A DNA stretch of 64,000 nucleotides, from the IMG/VR virus record IMGVR_UViG_3300013212_000072, positions 17,299 through 81,298 of that record. One strand, 5' to 3'. The position numbers and the translations under genes are program-made. The notes under the pieces were generated by a model, which saw nothing but the letters and a program-made list of their open reading frames with translations, did not search any database and was not told the origin of the DNA. Shown piece by piece: positions 1 to 8,829 of the stretch (position 1 is the first letter of the stretch; each line of letters starts with the position of its first letter). This DNA is from a virus.

Positions 1-1812
1 AATTTAAAGACTGTTAAAGAATCTGTTTTTAATAATATTCCAAGCGGATGTGAAATTAATTGGCACTTAGTATTTGACACTAAAAATCTTAAAGATATTG
101 ATGCAGAATTACTATGTGATTTAAAAGATGATTCAACAACATATCATTTTGAAAAGGGAGACTCCATAGGAATGTTATATCCTCAATGTTCTGATATAAT
201 TTCAAAATTTGGAGAAGGTTGGGTTTATTTTTTAGATGATGACAATATTATTCATGAAGGTTTCTATGAATATGTTTTACAATCTTCATTAGAGAATCCA
301 GACAAAAAAGTTCATGTGGTTTCGCAGAATGTCGCAGGAAAGGATTTTACCAACTTAACATATAGAAAGGCAGCTCCTAAATATACAAAAGTACAGTGTA
401 TAGATTTAGCACAATATATCGTTAATACCGAAGTTTACAATAAATACGGATATAAATATTTACCTGACTATCGAGCAGATGGAATCCTTATAGGAACTAT
501 CCACGCAGAACATCCTGAGTGGTTTACATTTACTGAATTAACATTATCACACTACAACTATCTCCAGAAAAACGCAAAAGCAAAACTTCCTAAAGTATTA
601 TATATTGGTGATGATGAACCTGAATTAAAATCACTTAAAATACTAGATTACGAGGATGATAGTCTAGAGATTAAATACTTAAAGAATGATAATGATATTG
701 CAATATCATTAGCTTCATTTAAACCAGATGTTATTATAACCAGAGGGAAATCTTGGGAAGATTTCCCGGAAATGGCAAGCATGTCACTTCAATTTAGACG
801 AAAATGGTTAAATCTTGACAAAGAAATTTCTATTGGAGATGTTGGACAAACTGCGTATCAATGTTCAATGGAAAGTATGTTGAACCCAGATGGATTAGAA
901 GATAGTTCAATGATTTCATACTTTACCCCAATATACAATACTGGTGAAAAACTATTCAATACGTATCAATCCTTACTAGACCAAACATACGGTAATTGGG
1001 AATGGGTATTAGTAAATGATTCTTCCGATGGTGGAAAAACATTAAAAATAGCAGAATCTATTGCAGCAAAAGACCCAAGAGTACGTCTTTATGATTTTAG
1101 AGAAAAAAGCGGTGGAAATATTGGTGAGGTTAAATGGAGATGCTGTGTAATGGCTAAAGGTTTTATTTTAGCTGAATTAGACCATGATGATTTATTAGTT
1201 CCATGGTGTACTGAAGATCTTTATAAAGCAGCTAAAAAACACCCAGAAGCCGGATTCTTTTTTAATGATACCGTTGAAGTTGATGAGAACTGGAATTCTT
1301 TAACCTATCCAGAAGGATTTGCGCTCGGATACGGATCATATAGAAAAGAAGAGTATGCTGGACAGATAATGAATGTTTCTAATCAACAGAATATTAATCC
1401 AAAAACAATTAGACATATAGTTGGCGTACCAAATCATGTAAGAGCATGGAGACGATCTACATATTTTGAAGTCGGAGGACATAATAGAAGTCTTGTAATA
1501 GCCGACGATTATGAGTTGGTTGTGAGAACGTTCTTAAAAGCAATAACTTGTAAAATACCAAAATTAGGATACGTTCAATTCTTATACAATAATGCGAATG
1601 GACAAAACACGCACAATTTATCTAGAGCAGATATCCAAAGGCGTGTAAGAACAATAAGTTATTATTATAACGAACAGATTAAAAATAGATTTGAAGAATT
1701 AGGATTAAAAGATTGGGCGCATGAAGAATGTCCATGGGCTCCTTTAAATACTGTCTCAAGATTTGGTCAAGAAGAGATGGCAGCAAATATAATATACAAC
1801 GAAAATGAATAA
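1..1812 (+). CDS. Two-domain GT-A (family 2) glycosyltransferase, 5'-truncated by window edge
   Basis: Frame is open from base 1 to the ATG at 172. N-terminal domain has FLDDDN (DxD). C-terminal domain has ISYFTPIYN...LVNDSSD...ELDHDD...ADDYE, typical of GT2. Confidence 0.85.
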   Translation, partial: NLKTVKESVFNNIPSGCEINWHLVFDTKNLKDIDAELLCDLKDDSTTYHFEKGDSIGMLYPQCSDIISKFGEGWVYFLDDDNIIHEGFYEYVLQSSLENPDKKVHVVSQNVAGKDFTNLTYRKAAPKYTKVQCIDLAQYIVNTEVYNKYGYKYLPDYRADGILIGTIHAEHPEWFTFTELTLSHYNYLQKNAKAKLPKVLYIGDDEPELKSLKILDYEDDSLEIKYLKNDNDIAISLASFKPDVIITRGKSWEDFPEMASMSLQFRRKWLNLDKEISIGDVGQTAYQCSMESMLNPDGLEDSSMISYFTPIYNTGEKLFNTYQSLLDQTYGNWEWVLVNDSSDGGKTLKIAESIAAKDPRVRLYDFREKSGGNIGEVKWRCCVMAKGFILAELDHDDLLVPWCTEDLYKAAKKHPEAGFFFNDTVEVDENWNSLTYPEGFALGYGSYRKEEYAGQIMNVSNQQNINPKTIRHIVGVPNHVRAWRRSTYFEVGGHNRSLVIADDYELVVRTFLKAITCKIPKLGYVQFLYNNANGQNTHNLSRADIQRRVRTISYYYNEQIKNRFEELGLKDWAHEECPWAPLNTVSRFGQEEMAANIIYNENE

Positions 1813-2023
1813 TACTTACGTAAAAATATGGGTTCATAATAGAGAATCTGACTTAATGATGGATTTCTTATTAGATAGAGTTGCTGAGCCTCCTCACTAT
1901 ATAATTGACTATAAAGAAGTACCCAAATCCATTACAGGTGGATGGATCGAAATGACAATATCTTATGATAGGTACCTTAAACTTCGGCAGTCTCATGACC
2001 ATGTAGATACTACGCATCTTTAA
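1805..2023 (+). CDS. Hypothetical protein (72 aa)
   Basis: ORF overlaps the upstream stop and is co-directional. Confidence 0.6.
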   Translation: MNNTYVKIWVHNRESDLMMDFLLDRVAEPPHYIIDYKEVPKSITGGWIEMTISYDRYLKLRQSHDHVDTTHL

Positions 2024-2048
2024 ACTTTTTTATTTTCTTGTGTATAAT
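2022..2048 (+). promoter_or_regulatory. AAAC-N17-TATAAT promoter (putative middle class)
   Basis: aaac 2022-2025, 17 nt spacer, tataat 2043-2048. Same spacing recurs at 6943, 9932, 12602, 13357 and 57802. Confidence 0.65.
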
Positions 2049-2054
2049 TAGTAT

Positions 2055-2303
2055 ATGGCAAAAAATATAAAAGAACCCAAAGTATATGTGGTTAAACCAA
2101 AGGTTGGAGAAAACTATTATTTTAAATTTGCGGGGAGTATTATGCATGGTGAATTAGTTTCCTTAAACGAAGCACTAACTAAATTGCATGGAATTCCACA
2201 CTATTGGATGAATGAAAAGTCAGACAGAAGTGTAAAAAAATGCGTATACCCAATATCGATTTATAAGATTTTTAAAGATTTAAACGACTCAAGATATGTA
2301 TAA
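2055..2303 (+). CDS. Hypothetical protein (82 aa)
   Basis: ORF directly after the promoter motif. Confidence 0.65.
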   Translation: MAKNIKEPKVYVVKPKVGENYYFKFAGSIMHGELVSLNEALTKLHGIPHYWMNEKSDRSVKKCVYPISIYKIFKDLNDSRYV

Positions 2304-3027
2304 CACTAGCGAATTAAAGTCAATGTTATTTATTGACATTGAAACCTCTTCAGAATACCCAAATTACGAAGAATTTTGTATTAAAAGGCCAGGCGCCATA
2401 AAGCATTGGGCTAAAAAAGCAGAACAGCACAGAAATACTGAATCGCATTTAGTAAAACTTACCGATGCAGAAATGTATACTCACATGTCGGCACTTAGTC
2501 CAGAATTTAGTAAGGTTATTGTAATTTCTATGGGACAAATTAAATTCCAAGATGGTATTACAACCTCAAAAATTCGTTCTTTCTATAAGGGTAGTGAAAC
2601 GGAAATTCTTAAAGAGTTTATGGGTACTGCTCAAGCTGTTTTTAATCAAAGTCCTTCAGTTCAATTTACTGGACATAATATTAAAAACTTTGATTTTCCA
2701 TATCTAATAAAAAGATCCATTGTAAATGGAGTAGCTATACCTCATCAATTTCATTTACAAAAGAAAAAACCTTGGGAAAACTGTCTTGTAGATACTTATG
2801 AAATTTGGAAATTTGCAGGTTGGAATAGCGCATCATTAGATTTAATTTGTGACACTCTTAATATTCCATCTCCTAAAACTATAATGGAGGCAAGTAGTAC
2901 TACTGAAGAATATTGGAATGGTAATATTGAAAAAATAAAAACGTACTGCGAAGGAGATGTTAAAGCAACAATGAATGTGATGCTTAAAATATCAGGGATG
3001 GATATGGTTGATGAGGTACCATTTTAA
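2296..3027 (+). CDS. DEDD 3'-5' exonuclease (PolB-exonuclease-related)
   Basis: FIDIET (ExoI), GHNIKNFDFPYL (ExoII), YCEGDV (ExoIII). Confidence 0.85.
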   Translation: MYNTSELKSMLFIDIETSSEYPNYEEFCIKRPGAIKHWAKKAEQHRNTESHLVKLTDAEMYTHMSALSPEFSKVIVISMGQIKFQDGITTSKIRSFYKGSETEILKEFMGTAQAVFNQSPSVQFTGHNIKNFDFPYLIKRSIVNGVAIPHQFHLQKKKPWENCLVDTYEIWKFAGWNSASLDLICDTLNIPSPKTIMEASSTTEEYWNGNIEKIKTYCEGDVKATMNVMLKISGMDMVDEVPF

Positions 3028-3101
3028 ATTGTTAATAACTTTTTGATAAAAAGTTTTACCGTGTCAAGAATTTGTATTATATTTACATATCAAATTAAAA
3101 C
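3028..3101 (+). promoter_or_regulatory. Putative early (host-RNAP) promoter cassette
   Basis: TTGTTAATAACTTT...TTATATTTACATATCAAATTAAAAC. Shares blocks with 8747-8819 and 25041-25124. TATATTTA resembles the Bacteroidota -7 element TAnnTTTG. Confidence 0.55.
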
Positions 3102-3110
3102 CTTATAATC

Positions 3111-3404
3111 ATGGACGAAGACTTTAACAATTTATTTGAAGAACAAGAAAACGAAATCGACACTATTAAAAAAGAAGCCGAAATGAATAACGTAATGTAT
3201 GATTTGAAAATCAAACTTGCAAATGAAAATTATGAATCAATAATTTCTAAAGGGGTTGATTTTAAATTAATGGAAAAACAAGAAATCGATATTAGACCCA
3301 TTGTTAAAATACTGGGAGATATGTTAGAACTTTTTGAAGAACGCGAAGAGTACGAAAAATGCGCAAAAATAAATAAGATACTTAAGAAAGCAAAGGTCCT
3401 ATAG
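3111..3404 (+). CDS. Small protein with C-terminal UVR-like coiled-coil motif
   Basis: FEEREEYEKCAKINKIL. Confidence 0.65.
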   Translation: MDEDFNNLFEEQENEIDTIKKEAEMNNVMYDLKIKLANENYESIISKGVDFKLMEKQEIDIRPIVKILGDMLELFEEREEYEKCAKINKILKKAKVL

Positions 3405-3418
3405 GACCTTTTTTTTTT
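3392..3418 (+). terminator. Intrinsic terminator-like palindrome plus T-tract
   Basis: aaaggtccta-taggaccttt is a perfect 20-bp palindrome over the stop codon, followed by a T-run. Confidence 0.6.
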
Positions 3419-3449
3419 AATATATAATGTACTAATAAAGTATATCGAT

Positions 3450-3659
3450 ATGAACGAAGAATTATTAAAAAAGATTGCAGATAGTCTGGAAAGAATTGCA
3501 ATTTGCATGGAAAACAAACAGCTAAGAGAAATTGCGACTTATAGAAAAGGTCAAGCTTCATTAATTGCCGAGAAAAAAGAAGCTAGCAAGAATCAGGTAA
3601 AATCTGCTCCGATTCCTATAGTAAAGCAGACGGTTAGAGTTAGAAATTCTAAAAAATAA
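3450..3659 (+). CDS. Hypothetical protein (69 aa)
   Basis: ORF after an AATATATA motif (3419). Confidence 0.6.
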   Translation: MNEELLKKIADSLERIAICMENKQLREIATYRKGQASLIAEKKEASKNQVKSAPIPIVKQTVRVRNSKK

Positions 3660-3665
3660 ACTCTA

Positions 3666-4493
3666 ATGAATTATTACGAAACTCTTAATGTTTCAAAGAA
3701 TGCTACTCCTGAAGAGATTAAAAAATCTTATAGGAAACTTGTAAAAGAGCATCACCCTGACAAAACAGGGGGAGACGACACACAATTCAAAAAAATATCT
3801 GAAGCATACGAAACTCTTTCTGACTCTGTCAAAAAAGAGCAGTATGATAATCCATCTAGAGGACATAATCCTTTTAACAATTTCCATGGATATCAAGATA
3901 CATCAAATCCATTTGCGCACGCCTTTCGAGGATTTGGTGGAGATTTTGCTGATATGTTTAATCAATCGTTTGGCGGAGAAGCAAGAGGATCTGACGTTAG
4001 AGTTATGCTCAACATAACTCTTGAAGAATCTTATGATGGTTCGAGAAAATATATTGATGTTGGTACTGGTGGATTTAATATCAATATACCTCGAGGAATT
4101 TTGAATGGAACAAAACTTAAAATTCCAGGTAAAGGAGCTAACCATCCTGTAAATTCATCTGCACCTCCAGGCGATATTATTCTAATTGTCAATGTTTTAC
4201 CAGACCCTGAACTTATTGTTAACGGTAGTGATATTTATGTTGATTTAAACTTAAGTTGGATTGACATCTTGCTTGGAGGAGAATTTGAAATTCGTACCAA
4301 ACTAAAGTCTATTAAAATAAAAGTTCCTCAAGGTTCTCATGAGTCACAATTGCTGCGAGTAGTTGGGCAAGGAATGCCAATATATAATTCAGAAGGATTC
4401 GGAAATCTTATGGTAAAATTAAGAACTCTTCCTATAACTTTAACCGAACCCGAAATAGAATTACTTAAAAAGATAAAAAATCAAAATGAGTAG
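3666..4493 (+). CDS. dnaJ: DnaJ-class co-chaperone (CbpA-like, no zinc finger)
   Basis: NYYETL...IKKSYRKL..EHHPDK J-domain, G/F-rich linker, DnaJ_C (GKG..., PGDIIL, GQGMP). Confidence 0.92.
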   Translation: MNYYETLNVSKNATPEEIKKSYRKLVKEHHPDKTGGDDTQFKKISEAYETLSDSVKKEQYDNPSRGHNPFNNFHGYQDTSNPFAHAFRGFGGDFADMFNQSFGGEARGSDVRVMLNITLEESYDGSRKYIDVGTGGFNINIPRGILNGTKLKIPGKGANHPVNSSAPPGDIILIVNVLPDPELIVNGSDIYVDLNLSWIDILLGGEFEIRTKLKSIKIKVPQGSHESQLLRVVGQGMPIYNSEGFGNLMVKLRTLPITLTEPEIELLKKIKNQNE

Positions 4494-4740
4494 CATTGAA
4501 GAAAGCCCGGAAGAATCAAGAAAATTTATAAAAAAACTACACGAAGCATCCAAAGAAGATATGATGGATGTTATGTACTCTTCTATTGTCAATGGTAAAA
4601 TGGGAGCATTAAAGCACGATGGAACCATTGAAGAAAAAATAGAAGGAGTAAAAACGGTTCTTAATTTCTTTAAAGATAAAGAAGATTATGAAAAATGTAA
4701 AGAACTCAAAAAAATAATCGAAAAGTTGTCAATAATATAA
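4486..4740 (+). CDS. Small protein with UVR-like motif
   Basis: FKDKEDYEKCKELKKII. Confidence 0.65.
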   Translation: MSSIEESPEESRKFIKKLHEASKEDMMDVMYSSIVNGKMGALKHDGTIEEKIEGVKTVLNFFKDKEDYEKCKELKKIIEKLSII

Positions 4741-4834
4741 TATAGTAACCTTTTTAGCCCGGTTATATTAAAAGTGCTTAGCTAAAAATATATATTATAT
4801 GTGGCTATAGCCACTTTAAAAACATTAAGGCAAG

Positions 4835-5092
4835 ATGGGAGATATTACAGGGGAGGAAAGAGATTCTCTGATGAGGTCCAGCTACTATATACTTACTAGA
4901 AATTTTACTAAAACCATTAATAGATTTGTTGTTTATAATGATGGTAATCACACAATCGATATTCCACATGGAATCGGACAGCGAAGCAAATTCGTAGATG
5001 TCCTAATAGAATATTTCGTTGAGTTAGAGGAATATGAAAAATGCGATTCGCTCAAGAAATTAAAAGAACTAGTCATAATGACTGGTGATTAA
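4835..5092 (+). CDS. Small protein with UVR-like motif
   Basis: FVELEEYEKCDSLKKL. Confidence 0.65.
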   Translation: MGDITGEERDSLMRSSYYILTRNFTKTINRFVVYNDGNHTIDIPHGIGQRSKFVDVLIEYFVELEEYEKCDSLKKLKELVIMTGD

Positions 5093-5108
5093 ATATATAC
5101 AAATTTGT

Positions 5109-5858
5109 ATGCAAAAAAGAACAGTGGAAAGTAAATCAAAAACAACTAAAGCAAAACCCACAACTACTAAAAATCCAATTGGACGTCCTAAAAAAACAGT
5201 AGTAAAAGAATTAGATTTAGTAGGAGTACAATTAAAGCCGTCTCAATATGATTATTTTGAAAAAATTAAAAAAAATGAAATAACATTCTGTTCTGGTCCT
5301 GCTGGAACTTCAAAAACATTTACGGCATGTTATACTTCCCTATGGTTGCTAGCAACAAAAGGAGTTTCAAAAATTATTTTATGTAAACCAATTCAAGAAT
5401 CCGGAGAAAAACTTGGATTCCTACCTGGAGATATTGCAGACAAGGTTGACCCTTACATGCAATCATATATTTCAAATTTTAAAAAAATAGTAGGTGATGA
5501 ATTAACCGAAGGTTTAATTGCTTCAGGTGCTATTGAATTTAAGCCACTTGCATTTATGAGGGGTGATACATTTGATGATGCGTTTATGATTCTAGATGAA
5601 GCGCAAAATGCTCCATGGAATGCTCTTATACTATTTATTACTAGAATGGGTAAAAATTCTAAAGTACTAGTATCTGGAGATATAAGTCAGTATGATATTG
5701 CAAAAGATAAGGTAACATTTCATAAATTCATAGAAATGTATAAACCAGTACATGGTGTTGGAGTTCATGAGTTTGGGATTAAAGACATTGTGCGTGCAAA
5801 AATATTACAAGAAATTGTAAGCATTTATGATAAATGGAAATCCGATAATAATCTTTAA
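5109..5858 (+). CDS. phoH: PhoH-family ATPase; the last ~55 codons appear to be a cassette-borne replacement
   Basis: GPAGTSKT Walker A, LGFLPGD, MRGDTF, ILDEAQN, TRMG, GDISQYD. ATG 5109 is preferred over GTG 5085 because AATATATA lies at 5092. Confidence 0.92.
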   Translation: MQKRTVESKSKTTKAKPTTTKNPIGRPKKTVVKELDLVGVQLKPSQYDYFEKIKKNEITFCSGPAGTSKTFTACYTSLWLLATKGVSKIILCKPIQESGEKLGFLPGDIADKVDPYMQSYISNFKKIVGDELTEGLIASGAIEFKPLAFMRGDTFDDAFMILDEAQNAPWNALILFITRMGKNSKVLVSGDISQYDIAKDKVTFHKFIEMYKPVHGVGVHEFGIKDIVRAKILQEIVSIYDKWKSDNNL

Positions 5859-5867
5859 TACATAAAT

Positions 5868-5980
5868 AAAGTTGCGTATGAGATGTTGATTTTGTAGTTA
5901 TTTTCATGAAATTTTCATATGCAACTTTTTTATAATTTTTTGGTGATATATAATCTAACTACAAATATATTATCAACATC
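5868..5980 (+). promoter_or_regulatory. Two-stem leader with late-promoter motif GATATATA (5945)
   Basis: Stem A 5868-5883/5913-5928. Stem B 5882-5900/5956-5980, ending at the ATG. Confidence 0.7.
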
Positions 5981-6775
5981 ATGAAAAACTACAAATATTA
6001 TTATGTTTATAGAATAACTAATACTTTACATAATAAACATTACTACGGCTACAGATCTTCTAATACCTCACCTTTATTAGATATTGGTATTAAATATTTT
6101 TCTTCGAGCAGAGATAAAGATTTTATAAAAGACCAAATTGAAAATCCAAATAATTATAAATATGTTGTTGTTAGGGTTTTCGAAAATAGGGAAGATGCAC
6201 ATAATTTAGAAATAGAACTGCATGCAAAATTCAATGTAGGTATTAATCCATCATTTTATAATAGAGCAAAAGCAACTAGTTCTAGATTTTCAATAACTGG
6301 AACTTCTCTATCAGATGAAACCAAAAAAAGAATGTCAATATCACATAAAGGCAGGATTGTTTCTCAAGAAACTAGAGATAAAATATCGAATGCTAACAAA
6401 GGAAAAAAGCATACGGATAAATTTAAAGATAAAATTAGAAATCGAGCGCAAGGAAATTCATATCATAAAAATAAAAAGCATACTGAAGATTCAAAGGTTA
6501 AGATGAGCAATTCACTTAAAGGAAAGAAAGCATGGAATAAAGGTATAAAGACTCCGGATGAAGTTAAAGCAAAACAATCATTAGCTAAATTAAATATGAC
6601 TCAAGAGCAAAAAGATAAAATGCATTCTTGGAAAAAAGGTCGACCATTATCTGAAGAAACTAAGAAAAAATTATCAAAACCTCAAACAAAGGTAGAATGT
6701 CTATATTGTAATAAAATTGGAGGTATTTCTGCAATGAAACAATATCATTTCGATAATTGCAAACAAAAAATATGA
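5981..6775 (+). CDS. Free-standing GIY-YIG homing endonuclease (Seg-like) with NUMOD3-type repeats and C-terminal CxxC..HFDNC
   Basis: YVYRITN..KHYYGYRS; repeated S.ETKKKMS/H T motifs; CLYC...HFDNCK. Confidence 0.88.
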   Translation: MKNYKYYYVYRITNTLHNKHYYGYRSSNTSPLLDIGIKYFSSSRDKDFIKDQIENPNNYKYVVVRVFENREDAHNLEIELHAKFNVGINPSFYNRAKATSSRFSITGTSLSDETKKRMSISHKGRIVSQETRDKISNANKGKKHTDKFKDKIRNRAQGNSYHKNKKHTEDSKVKMSNSLKGKKAWNKGIKTPDEVKAKQSLAKLNMTQEQKDKMHSWKKGRPLSEETKKKLSKPQTKVECLYCNKIGGISAMKQYHFDNCKQKI

Positions 6776-6941
6776 TATACCAAAAGCAAGTGCAGGTCTT
6801 CCAGGATTCATGCAGCTAATGAAGGGAATTAAAGGAACAGGAGAACATGTTTTTGAGAATAAAGATATTGTAAGAGCTAAAATACTTCAAGATGTTGTAG
6901 ACAGATACGACAAATGGAGAGTTGAAAATCCTGAAAAATAA
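6771..6941 (+). pseudogene. Stranded second (probably original) phoH 3' end
   Basis: Translates YDIPKASAGLPGFMQLMKGIKGTGEHVFENKDIVRAKILQDVVDRYDKWRVENPEK*. Ungapped and 26/55 identical (by-hand count) to PhoH 5691-5858. Confidence 0.88.
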
Positions 6942-6942
6942 G

Positions 6943-6969
6943 AAACTATCTGGAATCCATCTATATAAT
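6943..6969 (+). promoter_or_regulatory. AAAC-N17-TATAAT promoter
   Basis: aaac 6943-6946, tataat 6964-6969. Confidence 0.65.
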
Positions 6970-6986
6970 ACGTATAAAACATATAG

Positions 6987-7619
6987 ATGGAAACCAGACA
7001 AATACTACTTAAGCACTCCTACACAGGAGATGAATCAATTATAGAAATTGGTGTTGATGAGGCTGGCCGAGGTTCACTAAGTGGACCTGTTACGGTAGCC
7101 GCATGTATAATGCCATTTGGATTTGAAAACCCCCTGATCAAAGATTCAAAACTATTAAATGAGCAACAGCGAAAAGAGGCTCGTCGAATTATCGAGGAAA
7201 ACGCTATTGCATATCACATTGAACATATATCTCCCGAAGATATTGAGGCAACTAATATCTTAAAAGCAACCTTAATTGGAATGCAACGATGTTTAGAAGG
7301 TGTAAAGAATAATGCATTATTTGACTTTATATTAGTTGATGGCGACCAATTCCACGGATTTGAAGGAATTCCTTTTGAAACAGTAGTTGGAGGAGACAAT
7401 AAATATATTTCAATTGCTGCTGCAAGTATTCTAGCCAAAACCGAACGGGATTCAGTTATGAAAGATTTGGATATTGAGATTCCCGGATATGGCTGGAATT
7501 CAAATAAAGGGTATGGCACCGCGGCACATTTAATTGCAATTAAAGAATTAGGCCCAAGTAAGTATCATAGAATGAGTTTTATATCGCATTTGTTAACATC
7601 AACTAATTCTTTATTTTAA
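6987..7619 (+). CDS. rnhB: Ribonuclease HII
   Basis: GVDEAGRG, DSK, LVDG, GD..YISIAAASILAK..RD, NKGYGT..H, HRMSF. Confidence 0.95.
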   Translation: METRQILLKHSYTGDESIIEIGVDEAGRGSLSGPVTVAACIMPFGFENPLIKDSKLLNEQQRKEARRIIEENAIAYHIEHISPEDIEATNILKATLIGMQRCLEGVKNNALFDFILVDGDQFHGFEGIPFETVVGGDNKYISIAAASILAKTERDSVMKDLDIEIPGYGWNSNKGYGTAAHLIAIKELGPSKYHRMSFISHLLTSTNSLF

Positions 7620-7628
7620 AATATTTTT

Positions 7629-7749
7629 AAAGGGTCTCTACTTATACATATATTTTGTTTGTCGTTATTCTAAAATAGTTTGTCTAGAGGCCCTTTTTTC
7701 TTATGATGTGAGATATATAATATAACGACAAACAAAAATATTATATTAA
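7629..7749 (+). promoter_or_regulatory. Two-stem leader with GATATATA (7712)
   Basis: Stem A 7629-7640/7685-7696 plus T-run. Stem B 7653-7668/7722-7737 (16 bp perfect). Confidence 0.7.
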
Positions 7750-8392
7750 ATGTACATCTACAAGACAACAAACAACAAACAACATCAACAACAAAATTTA
7801 TATTGGACTATCTACTAGATTAGTAGAAGAGTCGAAAGATTACTTTGGTTCCGGATTAAAATTAAATAAAGCTATTCAAAAATATGGCAAAGAAAATTTT
7901 ACTAAAGAAATAATAGAAAGTGGTATAGCAAATAAAGAGTTATTAAATGCTCGAGAAGTGTATTGGATATCCTATTACAATTCGACTGATAAATATGTTG
8001 GATATAATATTTCAAATGGAGGTACTGGAGGAGATATGATAACTAATAATCCTAATAAAAATAAAATTTTAGAAAAAATATCTATTGCGGTAAAAAAATC
8101 ATGGAATGATGACCGTAAAGAACATTATAAAAAATTATGGGAAGGTTCTAACAATCCTAATTATGGTAAAGAATTCTCAGAGGAACACAGAAAAAAGATT
8201 AGAGAAGGTGGGATTGGAAATACTAATGCAGCAGTACCTTGCTCAAACGAAAAGAAAAATAAGATTAGTAAAAAATTAAAAGGAATTAAACAGATTGTGG
8301 TTGAATGTCCACATTGTAAGTTAACCGGAGGAAACCCTATAATGAGAAGATACCATTTTGATAATTGCAAGCAAATAAAAAATAAAAAATGA
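7750..8392 (+). pseudogene. GIY-YIG homing endonuclease frameshifted by a 7-nt tandem duplication
   Basis: ATG 7750 gives MYIYKTTNN. AAACAAC is duplicated (7770-7776, 7777-7783). Removing one copy gives INNKIYIG...YFGSG in frame with ORF 7958-8392 (CPHC...HFDNCK). Confidence 0.85.
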
Positions 8393-8733
8393 GATCGTTA
8401 ATTTATGGTATTCTATTGTTCCTATTTGGACAATCGTTTATATGGTTCCAAACAAACGGACAGTTTATGTGGCCATGGTTTAAAAAGAATCCACTCCTAG
8501 TTGCAATAATTGGAGGGTCTACAATATCATACGTTTTTATAGAGGCAACCAGAATGATTGCAGAATATTATGACGGACAATTATGGCCTGGAAGATTTAT
8601 TGGATTTTCAATGGGCATGATTTCATTCTCTATATTAACATATTACATAATGAATGAGCCACTAAACGCAAAGACCATAATCTGTTTGATACTTTCATTA
8701 GCCCTAATCTGTGTCCAAATATTTTGGAAATAA
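8389..8733 (+). CDS. Small 4-TM membrane protein (DMT/SMR-like)
   Basis: Four hydrophobic segments in 114 aa; NEPL..K motif before the last TM. Confidence 0.6.
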   Translation: MRSLIYGILLFLFGQSFIWFQTNGQFMWPWFKKNPLLVAIIGGSTISYVFIEATRMIAEYYDGQLWPGRFIGFSMGMISFSILTYYIMNEPLNAKTIICLILSLALICVQIFWK

Positions 8734-8746
8734 CATTAACAAAAAA

Positions 8747-8819
8747 TTAACATAATTTTAACAACCCAGATTTTCGGATCTGGGTTTTTTTGATTATATT
8801 TACATATCTAATTAAAACA
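8747..8819 (+). repeat. Terminator hairpin + early promoter cassette, copy 1
   Basis: aacccagatt-ttcg-gatctgggtt, T-run, TTATATTTACAT. Near-identical copy at 25053-25124. Confidence 0.8.
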
Positions 8820-8829
8820 AAGAAATATT

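Larger units (their letters stand above)
5691..6775 (+). mobile_element. Endonuclease cassette 1: replacement phoH 3' end + structured leader + GIY-YIG gene
   Basis: TATGAT occurs at 5691 and 6771, where the duplicated phoH C-terminus begins. The left boundary may lie further upstream. Confidence 0.75.

Noticed and set aside
5859-6775. Group I intron in phoH or uvsE
   Set aside because: Only ~60-120 nt of non-coding sequence and no P/Q/R/S core; the upstream gene is already complete with its own stop.
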